DNA from: Laetmonice hystrix | Taxonomy: Eukaryota | Direction of reading: 5' to 3' | Length of the DNA stretch: 64,000 nt | Assembly: GCA_965235115.1 (NCBI GenBank) | Contig: OZ249439.1 | Span: 20,894,001-20,958,000, forward strand | Shown here: piece after piece, positions 33,535 through 46,500 of the stretch | Layout of the letters: every line of letters starts with the position of its first letter | Position numbering within the stretch: the first letter of the stretch is position 1 | The notes under the pieces: model-generated | Seen by the model: only the letters and a program-made list of their open reading frames with translations | Databases searched by the model: none | Told to the model about the DNA's origin: nothing | Translations under genes and position numbers: made by a program

Positions 33535-36500
33535 AGCAGAACGTGAAAGAAATCTTCACGTTTAGTAAGTACTAGTCATCCTTTAAATGGTTTTGAAAGG
33601 TTTTACTCATGCACTGAAATGAAATAACAGACTATGTGTGAGCATGTGACCGCATGTAAGTCGTAAACATATACGTTACAGTTAAGCGGGAAAGTCCTTG
33701 GATTGGACATGAGTGATCGTCACGTCACGTGATACGCTTCCGTTATCTTCATGACAAACAAAACAATTTTTGCTCAAATCTTATCTTGAATTGACGCCGT
33801 TTTTGCACATATTACTCACATACTCGTTGTGGTAACCCTTTTAGACCGGAAAGGGAGGGAAGGGACAAACGAAGATGTGTAGAACATTGGTGGAGCAGAT
33901 ATGGTAGTTTTGGTGTTGTAAATGTTGGACAGAATACATGCGTCATCAAACCTGATAATGTCATTCATCTGTAATCATTAGCTGCAGACAATGATACGAA
34001 GTGGCAGTAAGTGCCCGTTTTCTGATTTGGATTTGGCACTGGGGGTAATGAAACGGTGCAATGAACAGTGCTGGGAAAGGCCTGCTGTTGTCAATCGGCC
34101 TATTATGTTATATGTAGTATATGTTGATGTCATTTAACCTGGGGATTTGAAGTGCAGAGATTGACTGTAAAAACACGACACTAATATCTATCTTGTCAAA
34201 TATACACCCATAAAATAGGGCATCATCCACTTATCAGGTTGAGTTAAATGGTTGCTATGACAAAGGTTTAAATACACAATCCAGCTAGAAGTATTATATT
34301 TGTGTCGGTGTTATGTTAAACGAATTCTAATTAAAAAGAAAATAAAACAATAATGACTAAAACGTTTCTGAAGAGAAAAAGAACATCAAAATGTGTTGAC
34401 AGCGGCAGGTTTTATTTAAAGCTATAAACCATCAGCTACAGTAGGAAGAATTCTCATAGAAGAAAAAAAACCTGCATCCGTTTTATCGACTTGACAGTAT
34501 GTTATATTATAGCAAATAGAACATATATGCGGTGTTTAATATATAACGAATTCTGACGAACAGATGGAGAAATTATGATGTCGATTGCACAAATGACAAA
34601 CAACGAATCCAGGCACAATATAAGGTCACCTGCATGGAGCATGGTGTGACTCAACACCAGGTGTCAGAAAAACATGTAATGCCATAGGGTTCGAAGATTG
34701 GGCAATATATACATTAGGCAACAACTCAGTCAGCGCTTATTATAAAACAGCCGTTCTATGAATTGGGCATCAGCACCGTTACACGTGTATTGTTTTATGC
34801 GGGAGACACCTTGGTTGGGTAGTATACTTGGTTGTCCAAAGTATGGTGGTATTTTATCCCGGGATATTGTGCGCAAACATCATTTCACGACTATATTTTT
34901 CAGGTGATGACCATAATTATAGTGGCATTGTTTGAATAACGCATTGTTTTCAGAACAGTGTGGTTTTGTTGTAGAGTGCCATAAACGACAGATTTTTCTG
35001 GAAAGATGGAAGACATATTTTTTATTGGGTCAAAAGTAGCACTTTGGTAATTTCAGATGTGGATGTATGGAGTCTAAACATAGAGAGTCTAGCCAGACTT
35101 ATACCGTGTGAAGGCGGCCGTGTTAGCTGTGACGTTGAGAGGGGGTGTATAGATTGAAGAGGTTCTTCTCGTGGGTGTGTGCCAAGAAGGGCAGGGTGTG
35201 GAGGGAGTGGAGAGGTGAGGGCGGCTAATGATGAGCAACGGGTGAGGGTTGCAGGGTAGTGTGATCACTTGGCCTCATGGTAGGGACTCTATACTTGAAA
35301 CCTGGTCTATGGGTAGAAAAACGACACCTGTGGTGGTGCTGGGCCCCAGGGTCACTCAAGCCAGAGCTACAAGCACATTCTACTGCTTGTTTGATAAACT
35401 CATTGAAAGCCTGCGTGAATAGGAAAAGATTAAGCGGATCAATGCCAGGAGAAGAGTTGGGCATTCCGAGTATAAAAGGTCATGACCAGTTTACAAATTA
35501 AGTTTGCTGTAGAGAAGAATCCACTCGGTGAGGAACTGTATTCAGGCTGTTAAAGTTCACTTTGTCCGTTGCGTCCGTGGTACTATAAACACGCAGAGGT
35601 ATAAGTTGCCAAACCGGTATGTTTGGGAAGGACAAGGTTTTTCTTAAATAATAAAGTAACATGAAGATTTGTAACATAAACTCATGACGTTCCATTGCGA
35701 GTCAGTGTTTGTTAGCCTTCCTTTCCGTGAAATAGTGGTCGCTTGAGAAATAAGTAGCTACCCCGTATTGAGTGAGAGAGAAAACTTAGATACATTTATA
35801 ACGTACTTGTATCCCGATTGAACGATCGATATAGAGAAAAATAGAGTTTGTTTCTTGTTGAATTATTGAAAGAACTTTACCCGTAATGACAGAGGCCTGC
35901 TTCATAAAATAGTAGCGAAAAGGAGCTGGAAATATACTTATATTAATAAAGGTCCATATCTATAGATTGTTCCTTTGAACCCACTTTAAGGTATGACGAG
36001 CGTGTTCTTCCGTCTCTAAGCGTCGTCTGTCATGTGGAAACGATCGTTTCTTGTCGCCAGAATTCTGAAAGTTATGATTGGCAGCTGTGCGGATAAAACA
36101 GCGGGTCACTCTGTGCTGTTCAGTCCGCAAAAATACACATCACTGCAGGTTGGCTGCAAATGCCCTGCGCTTCCTCGAGGACAAAACCGCTGCTTTTTCC
36201 ACCGAGTTACTCTGCTTTACAATGAGTAAATAACTGAGGACCAATTCAAGTAATTGGACTGTCAGGACAGCAAGACCCTCCCCCATCCCACCGGCTCCAA
36301 TCACGAAGGTCGAACGTGAAGGGGCAGCGGTATTTACGGCTGGTTTACCCAGCCACAGCGTCAGTTTTCTCACTCGTCTCAGGCCCGTCGGCTGCCATCC
36401 CATATCTTGCGTGGTAGGGACGACATATCGGAAGCAAGGCTCTCAGAACAGGTTAGTGATGGCGATTTGCAAGAGTGGAAAGGTAGCCGCCCAGGGTCTG

Positions 36501-39500
36501 GAGGGTGGTCGAGGCGCTGCCTTGCCCTGAGGACTGAGTTGAACGTTTCATGGCTCATCAGAAATAGATATATAAGCAGATATGTATTCATATAGTATGT
36601 TATGAATGGAACAAACATATTTGCATCCATCTGTACAGTTTCCCTGGGGTTTTCAGATTTAACCGTTAAATATAATAAACAAAGATTTTACCAGATAATG
36701 TAATAACTTAGATGAACAGCATCACGGTTTATTGCCAGTAATGGATTTGTCTATTATCAAATCAGAGATTGTAGGTATTATCCACATAGAGTTTTTCTTC
36801 AGGAAGTCAGTTCTACAATCTGGGAGGGTTCCGCTATCCGCTCAGAAATCATAGGACTCCTATTAGCTATTCGGTCTCTGGTTGGTAGAGTCCATTACGA
36901 CTAAGTATTTTATCTGTATGCCCGTGGGAGATTTTTATCAGTTCATCGGTGGGGACCTATCAGTAGGGATTCTTTCTGAGCGCTGACCGTCAGGGTACTT
37001 GTCCAAGCAAGACCAAACCAGTTGTCGTACACCGGTCGGAAGCGAACGAACTCCAGAAGCGAAGACCCGAATAGCTTTGTACTATAGATGGTGGTCGGAA
37101 TGGTATATACAGGATCTCAACTATATTGTACAAGCTGAAAGTCTTTGGTAGGTCGGTATTTGTTTCGCCCAGCTGACTTAGTTTGTGAAAACAAACACGT
37201 TGGAAAGCATAATATTTAAACAGTTCGACAGCCAGTAGTAGGATGGTTTCGTCATAGACAACCCCTGTTTTGGTTTCTCGTTGTGTTTGGTCAGTATAGC
37301 CACGGACCGCAAGGTTACAAAAAATCGTTTCTTATTTAGAAGCATAGTTTAGAATTGCCTGGTTGATTATAGTATTGACGTTAATTGAAGGAGACAACAG
37401 GAAAATGACGACGCAATATTCTTTTCTACTATACACACTTCCATTAATACAAGGGGTTGTAAAGTGGTTGCTAAAAAGTTCATGTCAGTGCAGCAAATTG
37501 TTTTTGGCCTTCTGGAAGGCGATGCCCTTCTCAGCCTGGCAATGTTACAAGGTGGTATTTATCAATGGACAAGATCTTGGCATTGGCTCTGGGCACAAAT
37601 ATAGGGCAGTGTACGGTTTATTGGCTCGAGCAGTGTCTATAGCGTGTTAGAGTGATCAGTTAAGGACTTAGGCGCGACGTAATTTCTTTGTACTTACGTA
37701 CACGATGTTGCTTACTTTAAAAGGGTTGGCTCACGAATTTTAAATCATACGTGGGGTTTTACAAAAAGATATGACTGCATTTCAGTTCTCCTATATGATT
37801 CAAAGCTCCCCTACCTTTCTATGTGGATTTGGCAGCTATTATGTAAAATAAATTCTAAAAGTCGCCAAATATTACTTCAGTTATTGAAAATAACCAATTG
37901 GCTTCCAAGTTCCTGCACATATGGCTGTGCAAATTATTGTCTGTGCAAATTAGAAGCTCTTCTGTCAGTATTTGCAATATAGTTGTCCGATTTGTACTAG
38001 CGAAACTAGATTTCGAATATTGTCAGCATTATTCTCGGGAAAATCGCAGATATTTTTTTTCTCACGAATTCTGGAACTATTCTGGACTGTTACCGAAGGT
38101 GTTCTCTACACCATAACAACACAACTTTCAAACGATTCACGACATGCCAAAATGGCGGCATTCATCGTGTTTGTGTGCACTCCATCTAGTTTTTGTAATT
38201 TTTCCACCGTCAGGGAAAATTTCACAGCTGTCTACTCATAGCATGTGTAATCAGAAAAACATTCAGTACCATAAAGAACGTCAGTGGTGAGGAAGTAAGG
38301 ATGAATCTGAGGATTTCGGTAGATTCCGCGTATGAGATATTCCCTTTAAGTTTCCTTTCGCTACTTTCAAGTCTGCAACTAAACTGTTCTTACAATCGAA
38401 ATACATATTGATAGCTTTGTCTTAAAAGATATTCATAGTCAAGAAAAGAAAACAAGGGAGTAGTAAACTACAAATTGCCGTATGTTTAAATTGCTCTCCG
38501 TCCACTCGGAGGAAACATCATGCATTTTTAGATTTATTGAGGATATTTGCAGATGGTATCACATTGCTAGGTATGATTATGTGTAGTACGGTGTAGGGTG
38601 TGTGTATGTAGAAAGAATTTGTGTGCACTTACCCTCCCACCGCTCCTTATACCTGATATATACTGCCATCATTTGGCATCAGGGTTATCAGTGGATGGAA
38701 GAGGAAAATTCGAGGTTCTAGAGAGGGGTGGGATCTGTGACAGGGGATCTTTAGTGTAAAGCCAAAGTTTTCCCGTCAACATAACTATTTTGGGATCAGG
38801 AAACGGCTGCAGAAGAATGCGTTGGGGTTAGTCCTCTGTAGCGTAAAGGAAAACAGCGAAGCTTGCTACTCAAGGAAGGTAACTAAAGGACTTGGTTACC
38901 CAACATGACATGCTTGCCCTTGCCAAATCAGACAAAAGAGAACGTAATTAGGATGGTATATTGGTGGACAAACGTAAACGTCGTGGCCAAACTTGTACTG
39001 CTTCCAGTGTACATACGTGCTAGGGTACTGTATGTAGGAAGTGGGGATTAGGTTTATGTAACGAGGACCTTTTAAAGGAACAGGTAGGCATACAAGGAGA
39101 GGAGTCATGACAATTGCCTTGTCACCACTGATGTCAGTAACCTGTTGGGAGCGTGGCTAGTTTAGACTGCTACAGTTAGCTCAAGTAGAGTCGTAACGGT
39201 GGAGGTACGTAGATCGCTGCCTGTTATTGCCTGCAGGCAGGACGTGAAGATAGCAGACACTGTGTCGGACGTACGCCCGCAGACCATGCAGATATTTGCA
39301 GTTCAGTAGTGAAGCACAGACCCTGCTTCCCTGGAAATTTCCACTGTAGTTGCAAGAGCCGCCGACACCCCCTCTCGATTCGGATCTGTTGCGCCAACCG
39401 AAATAAGCAGCTGCAGTCAGGAAATCGGTCAGGAAAGGATATATAACATATACGGGATATACGACAGTATATAGTTGTAGGCCTATTAAGCTGTGGTGTT

Positions 39501-39524
39501 GACTCGTTGGCACAATTCGCCGAA

Positions 39525-39622
39525 TGGCCGTGACGTCACCAAATGAGCGGTAATGAGTTTTAGGAAGGGCTATAGGGTTAGGATTAACATATTTCACCGC
39601 TCATGTTGTGACGTCACGGCCA
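39525..39622. repeat. 27-bp inverted repeat (25/27) with a TGACGTCA in each arm and a 44-bp loop
   Basis: tggccgtgacgtcaccaaatgagcggt ... accgctcatgttgtgacgtcacggcca; the loop contains tagggttagg. Confidence 0.9.
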
Positions 39623-40363
39623 CTTGGCATCTTCAGACGACTCGTTTAGACCTATAGTACAGTTCGGACGTCATGCGTGGTTGCGTGTATTGCTCTTTCT
39701 TGGCTTGTGAATGTGTTTTGGCGATGTTTTATGTGCCGTGTATAGAGATGTCGGAGTAGACGTTCCTAAGTCCCAGAGACATTCTGTCTGGTTTTACTCC
39801 CTTTAATTACAGGTGGGGAGGAAAATGGGCATGTGCCAGAGAAAGGTTCTCTATCCTTATTATTTTTAGCTATATTTTGGTGCATAGTGGTCGGATGGGA
39901 GATCTCCTGCTTATTAGAACTTCAAAGCTTTCTCTACTTGAGTAATCTTCAAATTATGAGTTTATGGTAATTACAATGGTGGATTCCAGATTGGGCACTT
40001 TGAACGTATTCATGAGTAAATCCGCGAATTTGCATCAGTTCCCACACGTTTGCTGTTGTTAGTGACAAAAGTTCAAAACCAATTTCTTTTGATTTCACTT
40101 GTGACACCACATGTAAATTCAAAAGTAAATATCGACTGGGACACTGTCTCTTTAAAATTATAAATGTCTTCTCGAAACCTCCATGGCCACAGATTGTACC
40201 TATGAAAGGTATTTTGAAGTGGAAAAACAGTTTAATAACCGCCCGTCAGAATTGTAAAAAAATTATACGACCGTAACAGATGCTGTTCGCCGGCATAACT
40301 TAAAGATAAATATTCAAACATTGACTTTATATATAGCGTTGTTATTTGTAGAGTGATTCGTTG

Positions 40364-40529
40364 ATGGCTGAGAAGACGTCATTGTCAAGCTCTGGTGGAT
40401 CAAGCATGGATTCTACAGCAAGAGGAAACTGGTCGGGCAAGCTGGACTTTATCATGTCCTGCATTAGCTACGCCGTCGGCCTTGGCAACATCTGGCGATT
40501 CCCCTATCTCTGCTACAGGAACGGAGGAG
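40364..40529 (+). CDS. SLC6 copy B exon (N-terminus, TM1)
   Basis: [55 protein letters not shown]. Confidence 0.92.
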
Positions 40530-43500
40530 GTTAGTGATAAATCAAGTCTGTGGAAGGTGCTTTTGATGAAGTCTGGCTCTCGTGTCATGTAGGCTTGTCG
40601 TTGCGTATTCCTTTCTTTGGATTCAATTAGGATAATTTATTATTTCCAAGAGTGTAACCCACTGTGGTTTCCCAATGTTATACCAGCACTGTGACAGAGT
40701 TGAAGTCTTCCCTTCGCGACATCTAGACGTCCCTGTTTAAGCTTCATTGATTTGCTCTTTCTTTCTTGCAGCTGTTTTCCTCATCCCGTATATATTCTTC
40801 CTGACGGTGTGCGGCCTGCCACTGTTTTTCCTGGAGGCCTCGTATGGCCAGTTCGCCTCCCTCAGTCCTATCACCATTTGGAGGGTGTCTCCACTGTTCA
40901 AAGGTAAGACCGCTGTACCAGTCACATCACCACAGCTTGACATGTGCATCGCCTTGGAAAGTGAATCTGTTCATTGTCTCCATGCAGATCTTATTGAAAA
41001 AAACAGCAGAGGGCAGAGGGCAAGTGCAGTGGGTCACAGATACGTGTAGGACTCCTAGCTCTGGTTTTTAGTTTGCAAACCGAGTCTTAAGATTCAAATC
41101 TTAAGATTGAACTCTCATTCAGAATTTCTGATTAGTCTTTCAAATGAGGATGGCCAATGAGAGCCCATAACACAAGTCAGTCTTAAAATTCCAGTCTTAA
41201 AGATTGGTAAAAGGAGTAACTAAAAACCGGGTGCTGAACTGCTGACAGCATCACTTTCACACATTCTCCATCGATGTTGACAAATTGTGGAGTCGAAACG
41301 GAAACCTTGCTGACGGAAACAGGGACCATAGAAAGCACCGCCCAGTCACAGGCCGGCATACTTGTCGTCAGGAGGCAAAACAGTGTCGTCAGGAGGCAAA
41401 ACAATCCCAGTTAGGCCCGTTTTATCATGAACTAAATAAAGTGTGGCATAAACATTCGGAACATTTCCGCACTGAACATCCTGACTGATTTCAACAGAAA
41501 AAAAATCAGCATTAGGAGAGTTTGATACGGCTAGTGCGAAGTGCTGTGCTGTGCCTGATGTATACCACAGTATGAACGAAGGGTGTTACCATCCCTCATC
41601 ACGTGACTTGGTTTGAACCGGCTCCAGCCAGTGAGCTCCAGAGCTCTGGCCTAGAGCTTCACACGATTACCATGATCTCTTGGAATGCTAAGCCTTGTTT
41701 ACGAGTGCTGGTATAATTGTACCTTAATTGACAGATTTAAAGGTGCCATTCGTGAACAAAAATATTTTTTTATTTTTTATTTTGTTGACGTTTATGTGAT
41801 CCCACCTATCATGGAAATAGATTCACAACAAAGGAAATCAATTTTTTTTATAGATAACGGCACAAATGGGGCTCTCTCAGAAGGCCTCTGGAGATCCTGA
41901 CACGCCCCACCATAGGAAATGGCTCTATCTCGGTGCGCACCGAGATAGGTTTCAAATGCTGCACACAAACTAATAGAAGGTTTATCAGGCCAATGGTATC
42001 GGTAGGATTTTTTTCTAGTACTATGTGCACAATGTATGATAGGAGAAATGCAAATCTGAGCGAGACGAATAGCACCTTTAAGCATTGTAGATAGGGAGTG
42101 GCCCTTAGTGCCGCCGTTAGAATTTATGCCATTTCTGGGCCAAGACAATGGTTTTCACCCAAGTTTATGATGTTTTGCATTTAACTGTAGAATGCCTCAC
42201 AAAAGATTACAAAGCTGTTCGAAAGTGTGATTCTTCCAATTTTTGCCCTTTTAAATGCGAGAAGATCTCCCCTTTAAGTTTGACATTGGAGCCAGCGATG
42301 TGCCATGTTGTAAACTGACGGATGGTGATATGAGTTTGACCGAATGTCACTCCGTGTAATGGGAGCCGATACTGCTTGCTCTCTCTCTCTCTTGTATCAT
42401 CTATAGCGTACAAAGATGAGACCAAGGTCACCTAGGTGGAGTGAGTGGTGCTGCCCTTCCTGCCAGCATTGTGAGAATAAAAAGAGTTTGAGAAGTGAAA
42501 GTGTGTAGGAAGAGTAGTATTTTGCTCCTGGATTCCCGACGTTAGTACGGGCATGTTTGTGGTATACTGGCATCTAGGTACTAGCCACATTCATGTTTAT
42601 TATGACACAGAACCAGTGGTGTTCCAGCTTTCCATGTAGTTATGAAGATTTGTATCTCCATCATCATGTAAATGAACTGTCTGAACTATCCGTTCTTTTT
42701 CCATAGATTCGGAAATAACCCACCCATATTTAAGAGTGCTTGTATTTTGGTCATTTCTCTTTCAGCCACTTTACCTTTATTGGGGTTGAATCTGATTGAA
42801 GTGTACCTGCTTCCAGGCGAAGAAGAAGAAGAAGAGCTTTGATATGAGGCTCATATCAGAAGTATTATAGAGATGGGTATTTTTTCTAGGGCAAATAGAC
42901 TCAAGTTGGGGTCACGCGAAGCCAGGCCGCCCTCGCCCAGATGGGAGCTGTTACAGAACCATTTTGAAAGGGAAAAGCAAAGCCGTTCTGGGTTTGTGGT
43001 AAACAAGATAGCCCTTCCCCGGTCCCGGCCTCGCAAAACGAGGTGAGCTAGAAATGGATGGGCAAATGTCAGCGAGCTGGCCAGCAGACATGGAATGGGA
43101 AATTCTCTGCCTGCGTCGATGTCATCCATCATGTGTACAGCTGCTGTAGGCCGGCTCGGTGCAGATGTACGCCATGATATTGATGTGGCAGCTGCCCCCA
43201 ATTGTTGCTGCATAAACAGGAGATGGAAGAACGGCTGTGCGGTGACATGTCGTCACCTAGGCCTAAATATGATACAAGTGATGCAATCCTTACCCATCAT
43301 GTCGGGGCTGAGTTCTATGCCTGCACGAGGAAGGCGGCCTACACTTCTGCTAACTGCCTGGCTACAATAAACAACTTCATTCTTTATTTTTTTGGTTCCT
43401 ATTTTCTCCCATTCATTTATTCAGTTGTAAGGTCGGTTGGAGCATCTGCGCGGTACCGTTTCCCTTTATGTAGATCTATACCACGTTGTATACGCTGAAG

Positions 43501-46500
43501 GTAATAGGCCTACCTCGTCGGCACCATCCCAGCGGCACAACGTGGGGAGGGTACTGATACATAAAGCAGGCCTAGGGTCTGGGCATAGCGACCGAGTGGG
43601 GTGAGCAAGATAGCTCGTATGTGTGGAATGAGGTGGGAGCAGGAAGGAAGGGCGCAGTCAGACACACACACCCTCGCGGAGAGCGGTCGCCCAGCGTTCC
43701 ATGACGTAGCGTCTTATGACGTAAGGCAGATGATAATAGCAGCCGGTCGGTCACCAAGATTTATGTCAGGATGCCGTCACTATCCCCGGTGCTGCTTGTA
43801 GGACAAAACAAAACGAAAACAGAAAACTATCTACTCGACATTCATGGAGGCCACTTGGGGATGATTGTGGGGATAGGCTCCCATTAAAGTACAATGGAGG
43901 CCCTATAATGTTTTTGTCTATATCCGGTATAGAGTATTGTAATGACATATTATTTTTGTTAACTGTCTCTTTAACCACATTAGGCCTACTAGCAGGTGTT
44001 GTTTTGTGTAACTTTCGCCCCATGTCATTAGATATCTTGATTGAGGAGTTCAGAGAAGAATTCCCACACATATATGTTTTGAGGGTGGTTGGCGGGGAAG
44101 GGTGCGTCAGTCCCAAGTTCTCACCGGCCGTTGATACAAGAGAATTGGATAAACAAGCAATGATGACCTTGGGTCGTGGCCGGCTTACCAGAGGGGTCAC
44201 CAACTGGCTGGCCATGAGGGGATGATGTGGGTCCTAACAGTTCACGAGACACTTACTGTCAATCATGTAGGCCGAATCCCGATCTTCTCAACATGTCTAC
44301 GTTCTGGCTGGTAGACATATTACAAGCAAGGGGGTAAAACTTGTATAACGTCAACGTCAAGGGATGAAATGATAAATGTGGACCTATTTTTCCTCGTTCC
44401 AAATGGGAGCGAGGGTGCTATTAAATGACATTATCCACAGCTCGGGGCAGGAGGTGGCGTATCCCCGGAGGGCAGCCCGGTGTCCTCATTTGACCTGGAT
44501 ACCATCCCGTGCCAATCAGAGAGGCACTCCTGCTCGCTGTTATTTACTGGGAAGGCCAGCCGTTAAACTCCCCACATCGGCCAGCATTATCCCACAGACA
44601 CCAGTGGTGCCATCTACTGGGAATTTTACCAACCAGTATACTATTTTTACACTAATTTTATAACTTTGTGGGGAAAGTGTTAATATTTTTTCTGACGGCA
44701 CGAGGTTCTGGAAGGTCAGATGGTAGTATTTGTTGATGTTTGCTCAGTGTAGTCCGGGCATGAGAGCAAGCTGTCTTGAACTCCGAAGAACCAGTGAGAT
44801 ACCGGGCAATATGCCCAATGTCCCCACCCCTACCCCTTGGCAGTGGGTGTGTATCTGTATCAAACCCAGCGGTCCCACTTACCACAACCAGCCCGCTATA
44901 AATACTTGACAAACAGCTTGTTTACCAGCACAGACTAGAGTCGCAAATTCATTTCAGTGCGAACCTTGTTGTTTACCGTTGTGATTTACTGGGAATGGCC
45001 AGTGTTTTTGTAGTAAGACTTTCGTGTTGTCGTATTCGGCCACTGTAGTATGGGTTTGGAACCTTCTCACAGTAAGAAGGGGAGAGAGTCGTTGACTTTA
45101 TCAGATGATGTCCTACAACCACACACGTATCAGTAAACAACCCGTAAAAATAGGTTATCAGTAGAGCAATTCAGCATCGGAAACTCATCAACTAATATAC
45201 TTCCCAGATTGGATGACATGAGTAATGTTCATCTGTTTCATTTCTTTAAACACGGCTACAATTATTGGCTGGCCACGTACATAAGCACTGGAGGTGAGTG
45301 GCATGGTCATTGCCAGTGAGAGCTCAGCTGTGACATTTAAGGTCAGTTAGTGACCGCTGTTAGTGAAGAGGCAGGGCGTGAGTGACTTGAGAGAGATGTA
45401 GCTCTTCAAAGGATGTACCTTTGGCCCAATCAGACATGGTGTCAAACGACGACGCCCTATCTGTGGATGTGTCAACTTCAGCGATAGCCACTGTCAGTCA
45501 GCCGTTCACTTGACCAAGGTTATAACCTTAGGGGCCCCGTTCTATTGTCTCTTATCACAAGTATTCCCTCTTGGTTGTGTATGGGAGTTATCGGGGTATA
45601 ATTCCCCGCACCAAACTAGATACACATCTCTACTTGACATCTGAAGTTGTTGAAACGAGTGGTATTTGTAAATAAACGTAAAGGTGAACAAGAGGGTCAT
45701 CACAGATGAAAGATGCTTATATCGTTTATTGTGTGTACATAACTGCGCAGAACGTGAAATGCTTGTTTACAGATCTCCGCGTTTTGTTTCTCGAACGATG
45801 TATTGTCATGATGTGAAGAGTTCACAGTTAATAACAGTAAAATCCTAAAAGGAAAAATGCAGATTTCTGTTTGGTGATGTCATAATAGCATGTTGTGCCT
45901 GACAGACAACAATAGGCCTAGCGACCCTTTGTTTGATGCCATTCGACGAAACATGAGTTCCGTTCCGTGCCTGAGATGTAAAAAAACGGAGACGGATCTG
46001 GAAGACCGTGACCGTATTAGTTTTTATAACGTTCAGCTGTCCCATCCTCCTCGTGTAATGTATCGGAAGCTGGCTACAGAGAGTGCATACCCTGGTCAGA
46101 CACGTGGAAAATGTCATGCAATGACTGGACTTTGTGTAAAATGTCAAATAATGAGGAGAACCTGGAAGCGGTAGGATATCATTACATTGTTTAAGAGTTT
46201 CCAATGTATTTGAGGGCCTTTCACAAAGGGGGATCTCTCCATCCGATTCGTGTGGTAACTTGATTAACATGTAGCTTTGCCTCTAGCTTTTTTTTCCTTT
46301 TGTCTTTCAATGGAGACTATAGGCACACTTCGAAGTGCTAGAAATACTATTATATTGCTATCATGTAGGCCTATCCTTAAATTTAGTAGCGCAATAATAT
46401 TGTGTACGTTCATGGCGAGTCCCACGGTCCCAAACATACCGTGCCACGGTCCCAAACATACCGTGCCACGGTCCCAAACATACCGTGCCACGGTCCCAAA

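Noticed and set aside
38700-38878. Upstream coding exon for copy B ending at AAG|GTAACT
   Set aside because: No in-frame ATG before an upstream stop; at most a non-coding exon, and unsupported.
41065-41228. Possible MITE with 11-bp TIR ggtttttagtt/aactaaaaacc and internal aatcttaagatt palindrome
   Set aside because: No target-site duplication and a short TIR; insufficient without a genome-wide search.
43766-44225. 149-aa (-) and 105-aa (+) ORFs in intron 2 of copy B
   Set aside because: No recognisable domain, and they overlap each other; not distinguishable from random ORFs.
46090-46174. [13 protein letters not shown] resembling a laminin-EGF fragment
   Set aside because: The rest of the Cys pattern is missing and there are no convincing flanking splice sites; likely chance.
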